A stretch of DNA of 38,469 nt from Candidatus Caenarcanales bacterium (GCA_947489925.1 CANLFK010000001.1:1-38469), one strand, 5' to 3'. Counted from the first letter of the stretch, positions 1 through 10,044 are shown. Program-made: numbers and translations. Notes: generated by a model from the letters alone, not told the origin.

Positions 1-194
1 TTGGTACTTATAATCCAGATTGGGCAATTGTAAAGCATGAAGATCAAACAATTTATTTAGTAAGAGAAACCAAAAGCACAAAAAACTTTGACAAACTTCG
101 CAATTATGAAACAGACAAAATACACTGTGGTAAAAAACATTTTGAATCACTCGGAGTTGATTTTAATATTGTAATATCGGCAAGTGAGGTTTAA
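1..194 (+). CDS. res: Type III restriction endonuclease Res subunit, C-terminal fragment (5' end lies outside the window)
   Basis: Frame 3 is open from the window edge to TAA at 192-194. It translates to GTYNPDWAIVKHEDQTIYLVRETKSTKNFDKLRNYETDKIHCGKKHFESLGVDFNIVISASEV. The PD...E-T-K nuclease motif and the R..E..KI.C...HF tail are typical of Type III Res C-termini. Confidence 0.6.
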   Translation, partial: GTYNPDWAIVKHEDQTIYLVRETKSTKNFDKLRNYETDKIHCGKKHFESLGVDFNIVISASEV

Positions 195-394
195 TTTTTA
201 AATTCTTGAGTTTCTTCATCTTCTTTTGAATCTCTTTGATTGAGTGATCAAGTCTTATTTCTGTAACTATTCAGGCAGGCAAGAAAATCCCACTTCGCTT
301 GATGTATGAGCTTTTTAGTAATTTACAATAAAACTGAGAAGAATTTAATAAAGAAATATCTCTCTGAAGGGGAAAGTGAAGGAGAAATAAATTA

Positions 395-685
395 ATGAAT
401 ACTGAAATACACAAACAAGAATTAACCTCAATGAATATTACTGAAGAGCAACTCCAAAAACTTAAACAATTATTTCCAGAAGCTTTCACAGAGGGAAATA
501 AAATAGACTGGAACAAACTTAGATTAACTTTAGGTGAAAATATTGATGTCGGCAAAGAACGCTTCGGCATGAATTGGGCGGGAAAAGCTGATTGTTTTAA
601 AACTATTCAAGAACCTAGTATTGCAACTTTAATTCCAGTTCCAGAAGAGAGCCTTAATTTTAAGGGTGAGCAATATTTAATGTGA
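395..685 (+). pseudogene. mod: N-terminal remnant (96 codons) of a Type III-like N6-adenine DNA methyltransferase (Mod), truncated by a MITE-like element
   Basis: A GAAGGAG ribosome-binding site lies 8 nt upstream of the ATG. The segment LFPEAFTEGNKIDWNKL..LGENIDVGKERFGMNWAGK...TLIPVPEESLNF matches the conserved Mod N-terminus that normally continues ..IEGDNL..DPPY. Here the frame runs 2 codons into the repeat element and stops. No catalytic region follows. Confidence 0.6.
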
Positions 686-957
686 GTTCGACAGATAAAA
701 AACACAAAAAGCTTCTCAAGAATTCAAGTCTTAGCCCCCTAAGCTTAAGCCATTCCCCGAAGGGGACACTCAATAAATCTGTTTGAAATTTTCTGTCTTC
801 AAGGTCTAAATTCCCAACTCCACTCTCTAATAGCCCACTTTCAGGGGGTTGGGGGTGAAAAGACAAAATTCTTTAGCGAGAGACTTGCAATTGTGATTGC
901 TTCAAAGTTTCTCTTCAATCAGCATTTTCAGATTTTCTTTTCATCGAACTCACATTA
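678..957. mobile_element. Non-autonomous MITE-like element, 280 bp, with 14-bp perfect terminal inverted repeats (TAATGTGAGTTCGA / TCGAACTCACATTA). It could instead be a 12-bp TIR plus a TA target duplication.
   Basis: Positions 678-691 are the exact reverse complement of 944-957. The interior has G/C-rich hairpins (CCCCGAAGGGG at 755-765; GCCCCCT at 734-740 against AGGGGG at 843-848) in an otherwise AT-rich context. There is no credible ORF. A second copy lies at 38348 onward. Confidence 0.65.
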
Positions 958-1003
958 CTTTAGAGTAATCAATCATAATCAGCGTTTTCAGTACAGCAAA
1001 ATC

Positions 1004-1708
1004 ATGAATATAGTTTTACACAAAGCATCTGACAGAGGAATTAGCGATCATGGTTGGCTAAAAAGCAGTCATAGTTTTAGTTTTGCTAATTATCATAATC
1101 CTCAAATGATGGGATTTGGTCTTTTACGGGTAATTAATGATGATCAAATTGAAGGCGGAAAAGGGTTTGATACACATCATCACCGTGATATGGAAATTAT
1201 TTCAATTCCTTTAGCGGGTAGCTTGGAGCATAAAGACAGTGAAGGAAATCATTTTATCCTCAAAAAAGGTGATATTCAGGTCATGTCGGCTGGTACTGGA
1301 ATTAGCCATTCAGAGTATAATCACTCATCAGACGAGTTAGCTAAGTTTTTACAAATATGGATTATACCAAAACAAAAAGGCATTAAACCAGCTTATCAAC
1401 AAAAGTCTTATGAAACAGAAGACAGACAAAATAAATGGCAAAAAATTGCTGGGCAAGATGCAATTGATATTAATCAGGATGCTAATTTGTTTTTAACTGA
1501 TTTAAATGCTGGTAAAAGTATTAAATACAAAAGTAGTTTTAAAAATAATGGTGTTTATGTATTTTTGATTAATGGACAAATTGAGCTATTAAAACAAAAC
1601 TTAGATAATCGTGATGCCTTAGCAATTTCTAGCCCTATAAACGAATTTGAAATTAAAGCATTAGCTAATTCGGAGATTTTAATTTTGGATATTCCTATGA
1701 CTGAATGA
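1004..1708 (+). CDS. Pirin-family protein (YhhW/YhaK-like bicupin)
   Basis: MNIVLHKASDRG..HGWL.S.HSFSFA.Y and DTHHHRDMEIISIPLAGSLEHKDSEGN form the pirin metal-binding cupin signature. I use the start at ATG 1004. The tracked 893 start would extend back into the MITE. Confidence 0.85.
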   Translation: MNIVLHKASDRGISDHGWLKSSHSFSFANYHNPQMMGFGLLRVINDDQIEGGKGFDTHHHRDMEIISIPLAGSLEHKDSEGNHFILKKGDIQVMSAGTGISHSEYNHSSDELAKFLQIWIIPKQKGIKPAYQQKSYETEDRQNKWQKIAGQDAIDINQDANLFLTDLNAGKSIKYKSSFKNNGVYVFLINGQIELLKQNLDNRDALAISSPINEFEIKALANSEILILDIPMTE

Positions 1709-1993
1709 ATAAGAAAATAATTAATGAATACTGAATTTACTTTTCCTGATAATAAACTCGCATTATCACTTCATAAATTTATATAGAAAAAAAAGACGAA
1801 ATTATATTCTTGATTTTGCTTATTCAGACAGCTTCTTAATAGATTAATTGATAACTAGTCTGTCGCAAAGATAATATCAAATTCATTCAAAAAGCATTTA
1901 TTTTTGTTAATATGAGTAAAATTTAGCTCATAGAGGGTTTTACCTTTTAATTGGGAATATTATAATTTATATGCAGAGGTTTATTTTATATTT

Positions 1994-2803
1994 ATGCAAA
2001 CAAAGAAAGTAAGCACTTATACTCGTTCTGATGTAGACACCGATTTGGTTCATACTTTATTGGCAGAATATCGTCAAAATAAGTCTTCCAATGTAAAAGA
2101 TTTAATTATTAAGCATTGTATTGGGCTTGTCAAAAGAATTGCAAATGGCTTGGCTAGAAGAAGTACAGACTCTGTTGATGATTTAATTCAGGTTGGTTGT
2201 ATTGGATTAATTAAAGCGATTGAGAATTTTGACCCCACTGCTGGAGCTAAATGTACTACTTATTTTACACATTTAATTGCTGGTGAAATGAGGCATTATT
2301 GCAGAGATCGGGCTATGTTATTTCGAGCACCCCGTGAATTAGTTGAATTAAATTTTAGAATTAGTCGTATGACTCAAGCTTTAACTTATGAATTCGGCCG
2401 TGAACCGACTGATTTAGAGCTGGCAAGTGCTTTGGAAGTTGAGCCAAAAAAAATACAGGAAGCTTTTGAAGTTGAAAGAAGAAGAACTTTAATTTCTTTA
2501 GATCAAACCCTTTCTAGTGATAATTCTGATGATCAGGTCTTTTTGGATACTTTAGTGGATACTAAATATCAAGGTTTTATTCATTTGCAAGAGCATCGTT
2601 TAGTTTTGCAAGATGCCCTTAAAAATGTAACAATACAAGCTCGTGAAATTATTGAAGAAATCTTTTTGAATGAACAAACTCAAGCTTCATATGCAAAAAG
2701 ACATAAAATTTCTCAAATGCAAACTTCAAGGCGTTTAAGATCCGCTTTGGCAGAGCTAAGAAGATATTTCCACAAGATAGGACAACATCAAGCTATAGTT
2801 TAA
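1994..2803 (+). CDS. RNA polymerase sigma factor, sigma-70 family group 3 (SigF/SigB type)
   Basis: Region 2 is DLIQVGCIGLIKAIENFDP and YFTHLIAGEMRHYCRD. The region 4.2 HTH is YAKRHKISQMQTSRRLRSAL. Confidence 0.85.
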   Translation: MQTKKVSTYTRSDVDTDLVHTLLAEYRQNKSSNVKDLIIKHCIGLVKRIANGLARRSTDSVDDLIQVGCIGLIKAIENFDPTAGAKCTTYFTHLIAGEMRHYCRDRAMLFRAPRELVELNFRISRMTQALTYEFGREPTDLELASALEVEPKKIQEAFEVERRRTLISLDQTLSSDNSDDQVFLDTLVDTKYQGFIHLQEHRLVLQDALKNVTIQAREIIEEIFLNEQTQASYAKRHKISQMQTSRRLRSALAELRRYFHKIGQHQAIV

Positions 2804-2807
2804 AATA

Positions 2808-3536
2808 ATGCTGAAAAATTACATAACTCTTTTATTTTTATTTCTTGTAAGTTTTTCAGCTAAAGCGACAGAATTAAGTTCGAGTATTTTAGAAACTGAA
2901 GCTCAAACTGAAACTGAAATTTCTAGTTCTAATGAAGAAGGCGATATTGATGAATATGTTTATGAAAATTTAGATGAAGAAATATTGGAAGACTCCATCG
3001 AGAACGACAATGATATTTCTTCAAATATTAAACCTAAGCCAGTAGTTTATTATCAGTCACCAATTAAGAGAGTAGCTAAATTTGTGTGGGGTGAGCCCGT
3101 AGACAATGCAATTTTAACTGGTATGCTTAGTTATCATGCAGATGCAGAAAGTAGAAGAGAGGATAGATGGAATCATAATTTAATTGGTTTACAATATAAA
3201 GGCCTTATTGCCTCAACTTTTATTAATAGTCATAATAAACAAAGTGTTTTCGTCGCTTTTGGTCGTAATGTCATTAATACTCCTATTTTACACTCCAAAT
3301 TAAGATTTCAGGCGGGTTATAAAATTGGTTTGATTTATGGTTATAAAAATACACCAGTCTTTAATATACTAGGTATTACTCCCGCTCCGCTCCCTTTTGT
3401 AGGGCTTAGTTATCGTCGAGTAGCATTTGAAATTATACCTATTCCTAGCCGTAATCCTGTTATTTCAGCTAATATGAGAATAAATTTATATCCACCTGAA
3501 AATCCCAAAAAAACAAAAGTAATTTCACGCAAATAA
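2808..3536 (+). CDS. Secreted protein with an acidic N-terminal region and a PagP-like (lipid A palmitoyltransferase family) outer-membrane beta-barrel. Tentative call.
   Basis: It has a signal peptide (MLKNYITLLFLFLVSFSAKA). By-eye alignment to E. coli PagP gives SYHADAE..DRWNH against TWHARFA..DRYNE, TFINSHNK against AFKDSWNK, and PAPLPFVGLSY..FEIIPIP against PLPVLLPLASVGY..FQMTYIP. Confidence 0.4.
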   Translation: MLKNYITLLFLFLVSFSAKATELSSSILETEAQTETEISSSNEEGDIDEYVYENLDEEILEDSIENDNDISSNIKPKPVVYYQSPIKRVAKFVWGEPVDNAILTGMLSYHADAESRREDRWNHNLIGLQYKGLIASTFINSHNKQSVFVAFGRNVINTPILHSKLRFQAGYKIGLIYGYKNTPVFNILGITPAPLPFVGLSYRRVAFEIIPIPSRNPVISANMRINLYPPENPKKTKVISRK

Positions 3537-3546
3537 AAGCAAATCA

Positions 3547-4098
3547 ATGAATTCTTCGCTCTCAAAACAAAATAAATTTCAAATTATTAGCTTTATAGCT
3601 TTTATAATATCGATTTTACTTATTATAATTTCGGCTAAAGCTGAAGTCTTGCAAACTGTTAATAGTGTAGATTTAAATAAATATGCTGGAAAATGGTATG
3701 AAATTGCTTCTTATCCACAAAGCTTTCAAAAAGGTTGTTATGCTACGACTGCTGAATATACTCCGACAAAAGCAGATTATATAATTGTAGAAAATAAATG
3801 TAATAAAGGTAGTTTAAAAGGTAAACAATCATATATTAAAGGTAAAGCTTTTGTACAAAAAAATTCGGGGAATGCAAAATTAAAAGTACAATTTTTCTGG
3901 CCATTCAAAGGTGATTATTGGATAATTGATTTGGCTGATGATTATAGTTATGCTGTTATTAGTCATCCAAATAAACAATACTTATGGATACTTTCTCGTA
4001 CTCCTAAAATGAATAATAATACTTATGAACAAATACTTAATCGCTTACAGAAAGCTGGCTTTAACTTGAATAAACTGAAAATTACACCACAAATTTAA
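3547..4098 (+). CDS. blc: Bacterial lipocalin (outer-membrane lipoprotein Blc family)
   Basis: Signal/TM segment followed by the lipocalin signature VDLNKYAGKWYEIASYPQSFQKGC. The length is 183 aa. Confidence 0.8.
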   Translation: MNSSLSKQNKFQIISFIAFIISILLIIISAKAEVLQTVNSVDLNKYAGKWYEIASYPQSFQKGCYATTAEYTPTKADYIIVENKCNKGSLKGKQSYIKGKAFVQKNSGNAKLKVQFFWPFKGDYWIIDLADDYSYAVISHPNKQYLWILSRTPKMNNNTYEQILNRLQKAGFNLNKLKITPQI

Positions 4099-4115
4099 GT
4101 ATTTTAATTAATTGT

Positions 4116-4937
4116 TTATTTTTTAGAATTTAGCTTAGATAAATGAAAATAGAAAAAACTGGACACTATAATAAATACTAAACATAAAACTTGAGCGGCT
4201 GGGAAAAAACCAATTTTAAGGCTGTCTAATCTCATAAATTCAAGGAAAAAGCGACCAACTGAATACAAAATTAAATATAAACAAAATAAATTTCCGCTAT
4301 AAGTTGTTTTTTTGTCGTATAAAGATTTTAAATAAAAACCAATAAAAATTAAATAAATAGCTTCATAAAAAAAAGTAGGGTGAAAGCCGTCTGCCAGTAT
4401 ATATTGAATTGGTCTATTATTTTCTGGAACATATAAAGCCCAAGGTAAATTAGTAGGTTTTCCAAAGGCTTCGGTATTAAAGAAATTGCCAAAACGACCA
4501 ATAGCTTGTGCAAAAGGTAAAGATATTGCGATTAAGTCAGCTATTTGACCTAAAGGTAAAAAGTCGGATTTAGTACTATTAAGTTTGTGAAAAAAATAAC
4601 CGCTTAAAAAACCACCAATTAAACCACCTTGTATTGATTGCCCGCCTTGCCAAATGGCTAATATTTCGATCGGGTTTTGACTAAAATAAGTAAAATTTAA
4701 TATTACAAACCATAGTCTAGCTCCAATTACTCCACCCAGAAAGCTCCAGAACAATAAGTCTAATAAATTTTGTTTTTGTTCAGTATTGGCTTTACCTTTT
4801 AGATTAAATAAAATCAGCCAAATTGCTCCTAAAAAACCTAAGCCAGTCGTAATTCCATACCAGCGAATCGGTAAACTTTTGGATAAACCAAATAAATGCC
4901 CAATATCTATTAAAACTGAACCGGGAGAGTAAATCAT
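4116..4937 (-). CDS. lgt: Prolipoprotein diacylglyceryl transferase
   Basis: Polytopic membrane protein with the Lgt signature GRFGNFFNTEAFGKPTNLPWAL and the IRWYG N-terminal motif. Confidence 0.9.
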   Translation of the reverse strand: MIYSPGSVLIDIGHLFGLSKSLPIRWYGITTGLGFLGAIWLILFNLKGKANTEQKQNLLDLLFWSFLGGVIGARLWFVILNFTYFSQNPIEILAIWQGGQSIQGGLIGGFLSGYFFHKLNSTKSDFLPLGQIADLIAISLPFAQAIGRFGNFFNTEAFGKPTNLPWALYVPENNRPIQYILADGFHPTFFYEAIYLIFIGFYLKSLYDKKTTYSGNLFCLYLILYSVGRFFLEFMRLDSLKIGFFPAAQVLCLVFIIVSSFFYFHLSKLNSKK

Positions 4938-5051
4938 TAATAGTTTTAAGTTTTCAAATATACTTAAATATTAACTTGAAAGTACTTGTTGAGTATGCTT
5001 TAATTTTCATTATTGATTTAAAATATTCAATAGAAATAATATAAAATTAAA

Positions 5052-5942
5052 ATGACTCAGCCAGAAGATAATCCGAAAGAATTAATTAGTGAATATTCAA
5101 TCTCAGACGCCGCCGAAAAGCTTACAATACCTGAAAACACCTTAAGAAAATATTTAAATTATTTTAACTTAAAAGTCGAAAAGAATAAAAGAAAAAGTTT
5201 TTTATCAGAAGAGACTTTAAGATATTTAGCCGAAATTTTGCAGCTTAAATCAAATGGTTTGTCTTTAAAGCAAATTAAAAGTTTATGCGAAAAACAATTT
5301 AATCAGCAAGATTTATTAACTTTAAATAGCTTACCTGAAGAAGTAAAAGAAGAAATAAAACCTGAAATAAATACAAATCAAGATGAAAATATTATTATTG
5401 CCCAAAATATTGAAAATAATATTCCAGAATTAGAAGAAGTCTTTATAAATGTCAATGAGAGCTTTATTCCTGAATTTGATATTAATACAAGTCAAGTTCT
5501 AGAAAATAATTATAATCACGATCAGCTAAATAATAATCTTGAAAATCAAGAGGAAAATCTTGAAAATCCTGAATACAATGAAAATGAAGATCAAAGACAT
5601 TATAATCAATCAAATGTTCATTCAGAAGAAGATGATGATAATAATTGGTCTTCTTCGCATTCTCAGGGTCAGACAATTTTGACAAAAGATTATGTGAATA
5701 AAGAAATTGCTGTCCAAGGAAAAAGAGTTTCACGGTTATATCGTTTTTTAAATTCACGCAATTTATCAAGAGATTCAGTAGAAATTAAAGCTGACTTAGA
5801 CCGCAGAGTGATTTTTCTTAATGGTTTAAGATATTTTAGAGATAATTGGTTGGAAAGAAAAGATTATCAAAATCAAGATTATCAGAATCATTCAAGCAGA
5901 AATGGAAATAGACGGGAGCAAAGAGGATTTTCGGGAGTTTAA
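5052..5942 (+). CDS. MerR-type HTH protein with a long N/Q/E/D-rich low-complexity central region
   Basis: The N-terminus YSISDAAEKLTIPENTLRKYLNYFNL...SEETLRYLAEILQLKSNGLSLKQIK looks like a MerR helix-turn-helix plus wing. About 130 aa of low-complexity sequence follow. Confidence 0.5.
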   Translation: MTQPEDNPKELISEYSISDAAEKLTIPENTLRKYLNYFNLKVEKNKRKSFLSEETLRYLAEILQLKSNGLSLKQIKSLCEKQFNQQDLLTLNSLPEEVKEEIKPEINTNQDENIIIAQNIENNIPELEEVFINVNESFIPEFDINTSQVLENNYNHDQLNNNLENQEENLENPEYNENEDQRHYNQSNVHSEEDDDNNWSSSHSQGQTILTKDYVNKEIAVQGKRVSRLYRFLNSRNLSRDSVEIKADLDRRVIFLNGLRYFRDNWLERKDYQNQDYQNHSSRNGNRREQRGFSGV

Positions 5943-5953
5943 TTTTATTTACT

Positions 5954-6652
5954 TTGCATTTAATTCAGACATCTTTGACTGATTCAACTAATACTCAAAT
6001 TCAAGTTTATCCTCTTAATACAATTCTTTTGGCTAATTGTCAGTCTGCTGGTCGTGGGAGATATGGCAATCAGTGGTTATCAGCGGAAGGTGGTATTTAT
6101 TTTTCTTATAAAATTAAAAATCCAATTACTAAATTAAAAATACCTTTTTGGTCAATTGCTATTGGAATTGCTTGTCATAAAGCTTTTGAAAGTTTGCAAA
6201 TAAAAACTTTAATAAAATGGCCAAATGATATTTATAATTTGAAACACCAAAAAGTAGCTGGAATCTTGCTTGAAACAGTTTTAAACAAAAAAGATGAATT
6301 AATTATTGGTATTGGTATTAATTATCAAAATCATGATTTACCAGCTGATTATGCTTACCTAGAAACCAAAATGAGTAAATTAAGTATTGTAAATTTAATA
6401 ATTCAAAATATAAATAAAGTTTTTAATTATTCTTTTGCTGATTTAAAAAATTATTATCAAGATTTCGCTTATATTCAGCCAAATTCATTAATTCATTATT
6501 TAAAAGTAAATGACTCACAAAAAACTTATACAGCTTTAGTAAAAGATATTTTAGAGAGCGGTGAATTATTAATTGTAAATTATGAAAATCAGCAAACTGT
6601 TTCTGTAAGCCAATTAAATTCTTCAGAAGTCAAAAAAATTCAGTTGATTTGA
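5954..6652 (+). CDS. birA: Biotin--[acetyl-CoA-carboxylase] ligase (group I, no N-terminal repressor HTH)
   Basis: SLTDSTN, QSAGRGRYGNQW (the GRGRxGRxW motif) and KWPNDIY are present. The apparent start is TTG. Confidence 0.8.
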   Translation: MHLIQTSLTDSTNTQIQVYPLNTILLANCQSAGRGRYGNQWLSAEGGIYFSYKIKNPITKLKIPFWSIAIGIACHKAFESLQIKTLIKWPNDIYNLKHQKVAGILLETVLNKKDELIIGIGINYQNHDLPADYAYLETKMSKLSIVNLIIQNINKVFNYSFADLKNYYQDFAYIQPNSLIHYLKVNDSQKTYTALVKDILESGELLIVNYENQQTVSVSQLNSSEVKKIQLI

Positions 6653-6699
6653 AGAGAAAATTATACACAAAATATTAATCTGCTCTCTTTTTCTTAATA

Positions 6700-9600
6700 T
6701 TAAAATTCCAAATTGTATTCCTGTAAAGATTTAACTGAAAATTTACCCGAGTTTTGATTTAATGATTTAAAAGCTTCAACTGTCGCTATTCCACCCGCTA
6801 AAGTGGTAATTAAAGGAATATCCATTAAAACCGCCAAACGCCTCATGGACATATTATCTTGCAAAGCTTCTTTTCCTTTTGGAATATTTACAATTAATGA
6901 AATCTTCCTTTCAGTCAAGAAGCTAATAATATTCGGTTCTTTTTCTTTGGCTTTACGCACAAAATGAGTATTTAAATCATTATCTTTCAAAAATTTATAA
7001 GTGCCTTCTGTTGTATAAAGCTGAAAGCCCAAATCCAGAAAATCCTTGGCAAGTGTAATTAAAGATTTATTTTTTTCCCAATCACTAACACTCAAAAAGA
7101 CATTATGTCCACCACGCAAAATATTTTGTCCGGCCGCAATTTGTCCTTTGGCAAAGGCTAAACCAAAATTATGATCAATTCCCATTACCTCACCAGTTGA
7201 ACGCATTTCTGGACCCAAAGCAATTTGACAACCGGGGAATTTTTTAAAAGGTAAAACCGCTTCTTTGACCGCCACAATTCCCTTTTTGGTAAATTCTTTA
7301 AATGAATAATTAGTGGATAATATTTTTTTTGCTTTCAATTCTTTTAAACTATGCCCTAGCATCAATAAAGTACCAATTTTTGCCCACGCAATGCCAGTCG
7401 CTTTTGCAATAAATGGCACAGTTCTAGACGCTCTGGGATTAACTTCAAGTATATAAATCGTATTTTCTCGAATGGCAAATTGAATATTCATATGTCCAAT
7501 AACGCCCAATTCATATGCTAAAGCTTCGGTAGCCAAAATAATTTCATCAATTTGATCTTCGCTTAAAGTATTAGGTGGCGTAACGCAAGAACTATCACCG
7601 CTATGAATTCCAGCTCTTTCAATATGTTCAATAATGCCAGCAACAATTACTTCTTTACCATCAGAGACTGAATCGACATCAATTTCAATTGCATTATCCA
7701 AAAATTCATCAAGCAAAACTGGCCAAATAATTCCTCGATTAGTCATATTATTCAGCCATTCTTGTAATTCGTCTACATTAAAAACAACTTGCATAGCTTG
7801 TCCGCCTAGCACAAAACTTGGCCTAACTAAAAGAGGGAAACCAACTTTTTCAGCTAATTCCATTACTTCTTCAGGCTTGTCAGCTATGGCACTTCTGGGC
7901 TGATTTAAACCTAATTTATTAATAATTAAATTGAATTCATGCCTATTTTCAGCTCTCAAAATTTGCTTTACTGAAGTTCCTAAAATCTTTACTCCTTCTT
8001 CTTCTAAAGCTTGAGCAATATTTAAAGGAGTTTGCCCGCCCAGTTGGACAATTACACCCAAAGGTTTTTCTTCTTGATAAACAGCCAAAACATCTTCAAC
8101 CGTTACTGGCTCAAAATATAAACGATCCGAAATATCAAAGTCAGTCGAAACCGTTTCTGGATTAGAATTAATCATAATACTTTCATAATTCATTTCTCTC
8201 AGAGCCAAACTTGCATGTACACAACAATAATCAAATTCAATTCCTTGCCCAATTCGATTAGGACCGCCACCCAAAATAATTACTTTTTGCTTATCTGATG
8301 GTAAAACTTCATTTTCTTTTTCATAGGTTGAATAATAATATGGTGTCTGAGAGTCAAATTCCGCCGCACAAGTATCAACCATTTTAAAGACGGGTTTAAT
8401 TTCAAGCTTTTGTCTTAATTCTCTAAACTCAATTTCATTTATATTCAAAGCCTTGGCTAATTGCCCATCACTAAAGCCTAAAGCTTTTAATTTTTCAATT
8501 TGACTAATTTGTTCCGCTTGTTCAGTCAATAATCCAGTTTTTTCAAAGTTTTTATATTCATCAAAAATCAGCTTCAAATGAGTCAAAAACCAAATATCAA
8601 TTTTGCAAGCTTTATAAATTTCTAAAACCGAACAATTCAATTCAAAAGCAAAATAAATTTGTTCAATCCGCTCTGGAATTGGTTTAGCCAAAAGGTTTAA
8701 AACTTTTTCTTTGGTCAAATTAGCTGGCAAATCAAAAGGTCCAAAGCCTTTCATATTTTTTTCTAGTCCTCTCAAAGCCTTTTGAAAAGATTCAGCAAAA
8801 GTACGACCCATTGACATAACTTCACCGACTGATTTCATTTGAGTTCCCAAAGTCTTGTCTGCACCGGGAAACTTTTCGAAGGCAAACCGTGGAATTTTGG
8901 TTACAACATAATCAATACTTGGTTCAAAAGCGGCTTTAGTATTTTTGGTTATTTCATTTGGCAATTCATCGAGCGTATAACCAATAGCTAATTTGGCGGC
9001 GATTTTGGCAATCGGATAACCAGTTGCTTTACTAGCCAAGGCACTTGAACGGCTAACCCGTGGATTCATTTCAATAACTACAATATTTCCATTTTTCGGA
9101 TTAATAGCAAATTGAATATTACAACCACCGCATTCAACGCCAACTCCACGGATTAATTTGATAGCTTGATTTCTTAAAACTTGATATTCTTTATCGCTTA
9201 AAGTCTGTGCTGGAGCTACTGTAATTGAGTCTCCAGTATGAACACCCATTGGATCAAAATTTTCGATTGAGCAAATAATAATGACATTGTCCGCCAAATC
9301 ACGCACTACTTCAAGTTCATACTCTTTCCAGCCAGTTAAGTCTTCTTCGAGTAAAACTTGACTAGTTGGGCTTTCATTAAGGGCTTTACGCACCATTATT
9401 TCAAATTCAGCCATATTATAAGCAATGCCGCCACCGCTACCGCCAAGCGTAAAAGCTGGACGCAAAATAATCGGAAAGCCAATTTTTTCAGCAATTTTTT
9501 CAGCTTCTTCAATATCAGTTATTGTCTCAGAGCGAGCAGAGTTTAAACCTAAATCCGAAACAACTTTTTTAAACAAAGCTCTGTCTTCTGCTAATTTGAT

Positions 9601-9966
9601 GGATTCGAGCTTTGCACCAATTAATTCAATATTGTATTTGTCTAAAGTGCCGTCTTCAGCTAAAGAGACAGCCATATTTAAGCTAGTTTGCCCGCCCATA
9701 GTTGGTAATATGGCATTTGGTTTCTCTTTTTCAATAATTAATTTTAAAAACTCAGGCGTAATTGGCTCAATATAAGTTGTGTCTGCTAAGTCTGGGTCAG
9801 TCATAATAGTAGCTGGGTTTGAATTAACCAAAACTACTTCATAACCTTCGGCTTTTAAAGCTTTGCAGGCTTGCACTCCCGAATAATCAAATTCACAAGC
9901 TTGCCCGATAATAATTGGCCCAGCCCCGATGACTAATATTTTTTTTAGATCTGTTCTTTTTGGCAT
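6700..9966 (-). CDS. carB: Carbamoyl-phosphate synthase large subunit
   Basis: 1088 aa with two ATP-grasp halves, [11 protein letters not shown] and [13 protein letters not shown], plus a C-terminal MGS-like domain. Confidence 0.97.
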   Translation of the reverse strand: MPKRTDLKKILVIGAGPIIIGQACEFDYSGVQACKALKAEGYEVVLVNSNPATIMTDPDLADTTYIEPITPEFLKLIIEKEKPNAILPTMGGQTSLNMAVSLAEDGTLDKYNIELIGAKLESIKLAEDRALFKKVVSDLGLNSARSETITDIEEAEKIAEKIGFPIILRPAFTLGGSGGGIAYNMAEFEIMVRKALNESPTSQVLLEEDLTGWKEYELEVVRDLADNVIIICSIENFDPMGVHTGDSITVAPAQTLSDKEYQVLRNQAIKLIRGVGVECGGCNIQFAINPKNGNIVVIEMNPRVSRSSALASKATGYPIAKIAAKLAIGYTLDELPNEITKNTKAAFEPSIDYVVTKIPRFAFEKFPGADKTLGTQMKSVGEVMSMGRTFAESFQKALRGLEKNMKGFGPFDLPANLTKEKVLNLLAKPIPERIEQIYFAFELNCSVLEIYKACKIDIWFLTHLKLIFDEYKNFEKTGLLTEQAEQISQIEKLKALGFSDGQLAKALNINEIEFRELRQKLEIKPVFKMVDTCAAEFDSQTPYYYSTYEKENEVLPSDKQKVIILGGGPNRIGQGIEFDYCCVHASLALREMNYESIMINSNPETVSTDFDISDRLYFEPVTVEDVLAVYQEEKPLGVIVQLGGQTPLNIAQALEEEGVKILGTSVKQILRAENRHEFNLIINKLGLNQPRSAIADKPEEVMELAEKVGFPLLVRPSFVLGGQAMQVVFNVDELQEWLNNMTNRGIIWPVLLDEFLDNAIEIDVDSVSDGKEVIVAGIIEHIERAGIHSGDSSCVTPPNTLSEDQIDEIILATEALAYELGVIGHMNIQFAIRENTIYILEVNPRASRTVPFIAKATGIAWAKIGTLLMLGHSLKELKAKKILSTNYSFKEFTKKGIVAVKEAVLPFKKFPGCQIALGPEMRSTGEVMGIDHNFGLAFAKGQIAAGQNILRGGHNVFLSVSDWEKNKSLITLAKDFLDLGFQLYTTEGTYKFLKDNDLNTHFVRKAKEKEPNIISFLTERKISLIVNIPKGKEALQDNMSMRRLAVLMDIPLITTLAGGIATVEAFKSLNQNSGKFSVKSLQEYNLEF

Positions 9967-10044
9967 TTTAAAATTTAAATCTCAATTTCAGTAAAAATAA
10001 AACAAATTATTTTCTAATTTCCTTGACTAATTTTACTTTGATTT
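9958..10044. repeat. Direct repeat copy A (~87 bp): carB leader plus its first 3 codons (ATGCCAAAA on the minus strand)
   Basis: Hand alignment to 12365-12450 shows about 6 differences (5 substitutions and 1 indel). Confidence 0.8.

Noticed and set aside
678-700. GTGAG at the element's start might be the 5' end of a group II intron.
   Set aside because: The consensus is GUGYG, and here the fourth base is A. The segment has a perfect terminal inverted repeat 280 bp away. There is no domain V/VI-like sequence or reverse-transcriptase ORF.
271-866. Minus-strand ORFs at 271-570 and 660-866.
   Set aside because: The first is antisense to the mod remnant and its upstream region. The second lies inside the MITE. 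Neither has a ribosome-binding site or recognisable domains.
893-1003. The tracked pirin ORF has a 37-codon N-terminal extension.
   Set aside because: The extension is encoded by the right end of the MITE and its flank and has no pirin similarity. The conserved pirin N-terminus begins at ATG 1004.
390-1735. A 17-nt identity (AATTAATGAATACTGAA at 390-406 and 1719-1735) might be a third long target duplication, flanking the mod remnant, the MITE and pirin.
   Set aside because: The match is short, AT-rich and low in complexity. The flanks diverge immediately on both sides. The second copy opens only a 20-codon frame. This is plausibly chance, so I did not make it a finding.
5482-5769. A minus-strand ORF inside the MerR-like gene.
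   Set aside because: It is an artefact of the low-complexity repeat region.
7634-9775. ORFs antisense to carB (7634-7903, 9358-9546, 9425-9775).
   Set aside because: They lie entirely inside a strongly supported conserved gene on the other strand. Their translations are low-complexity with no recognisable family.
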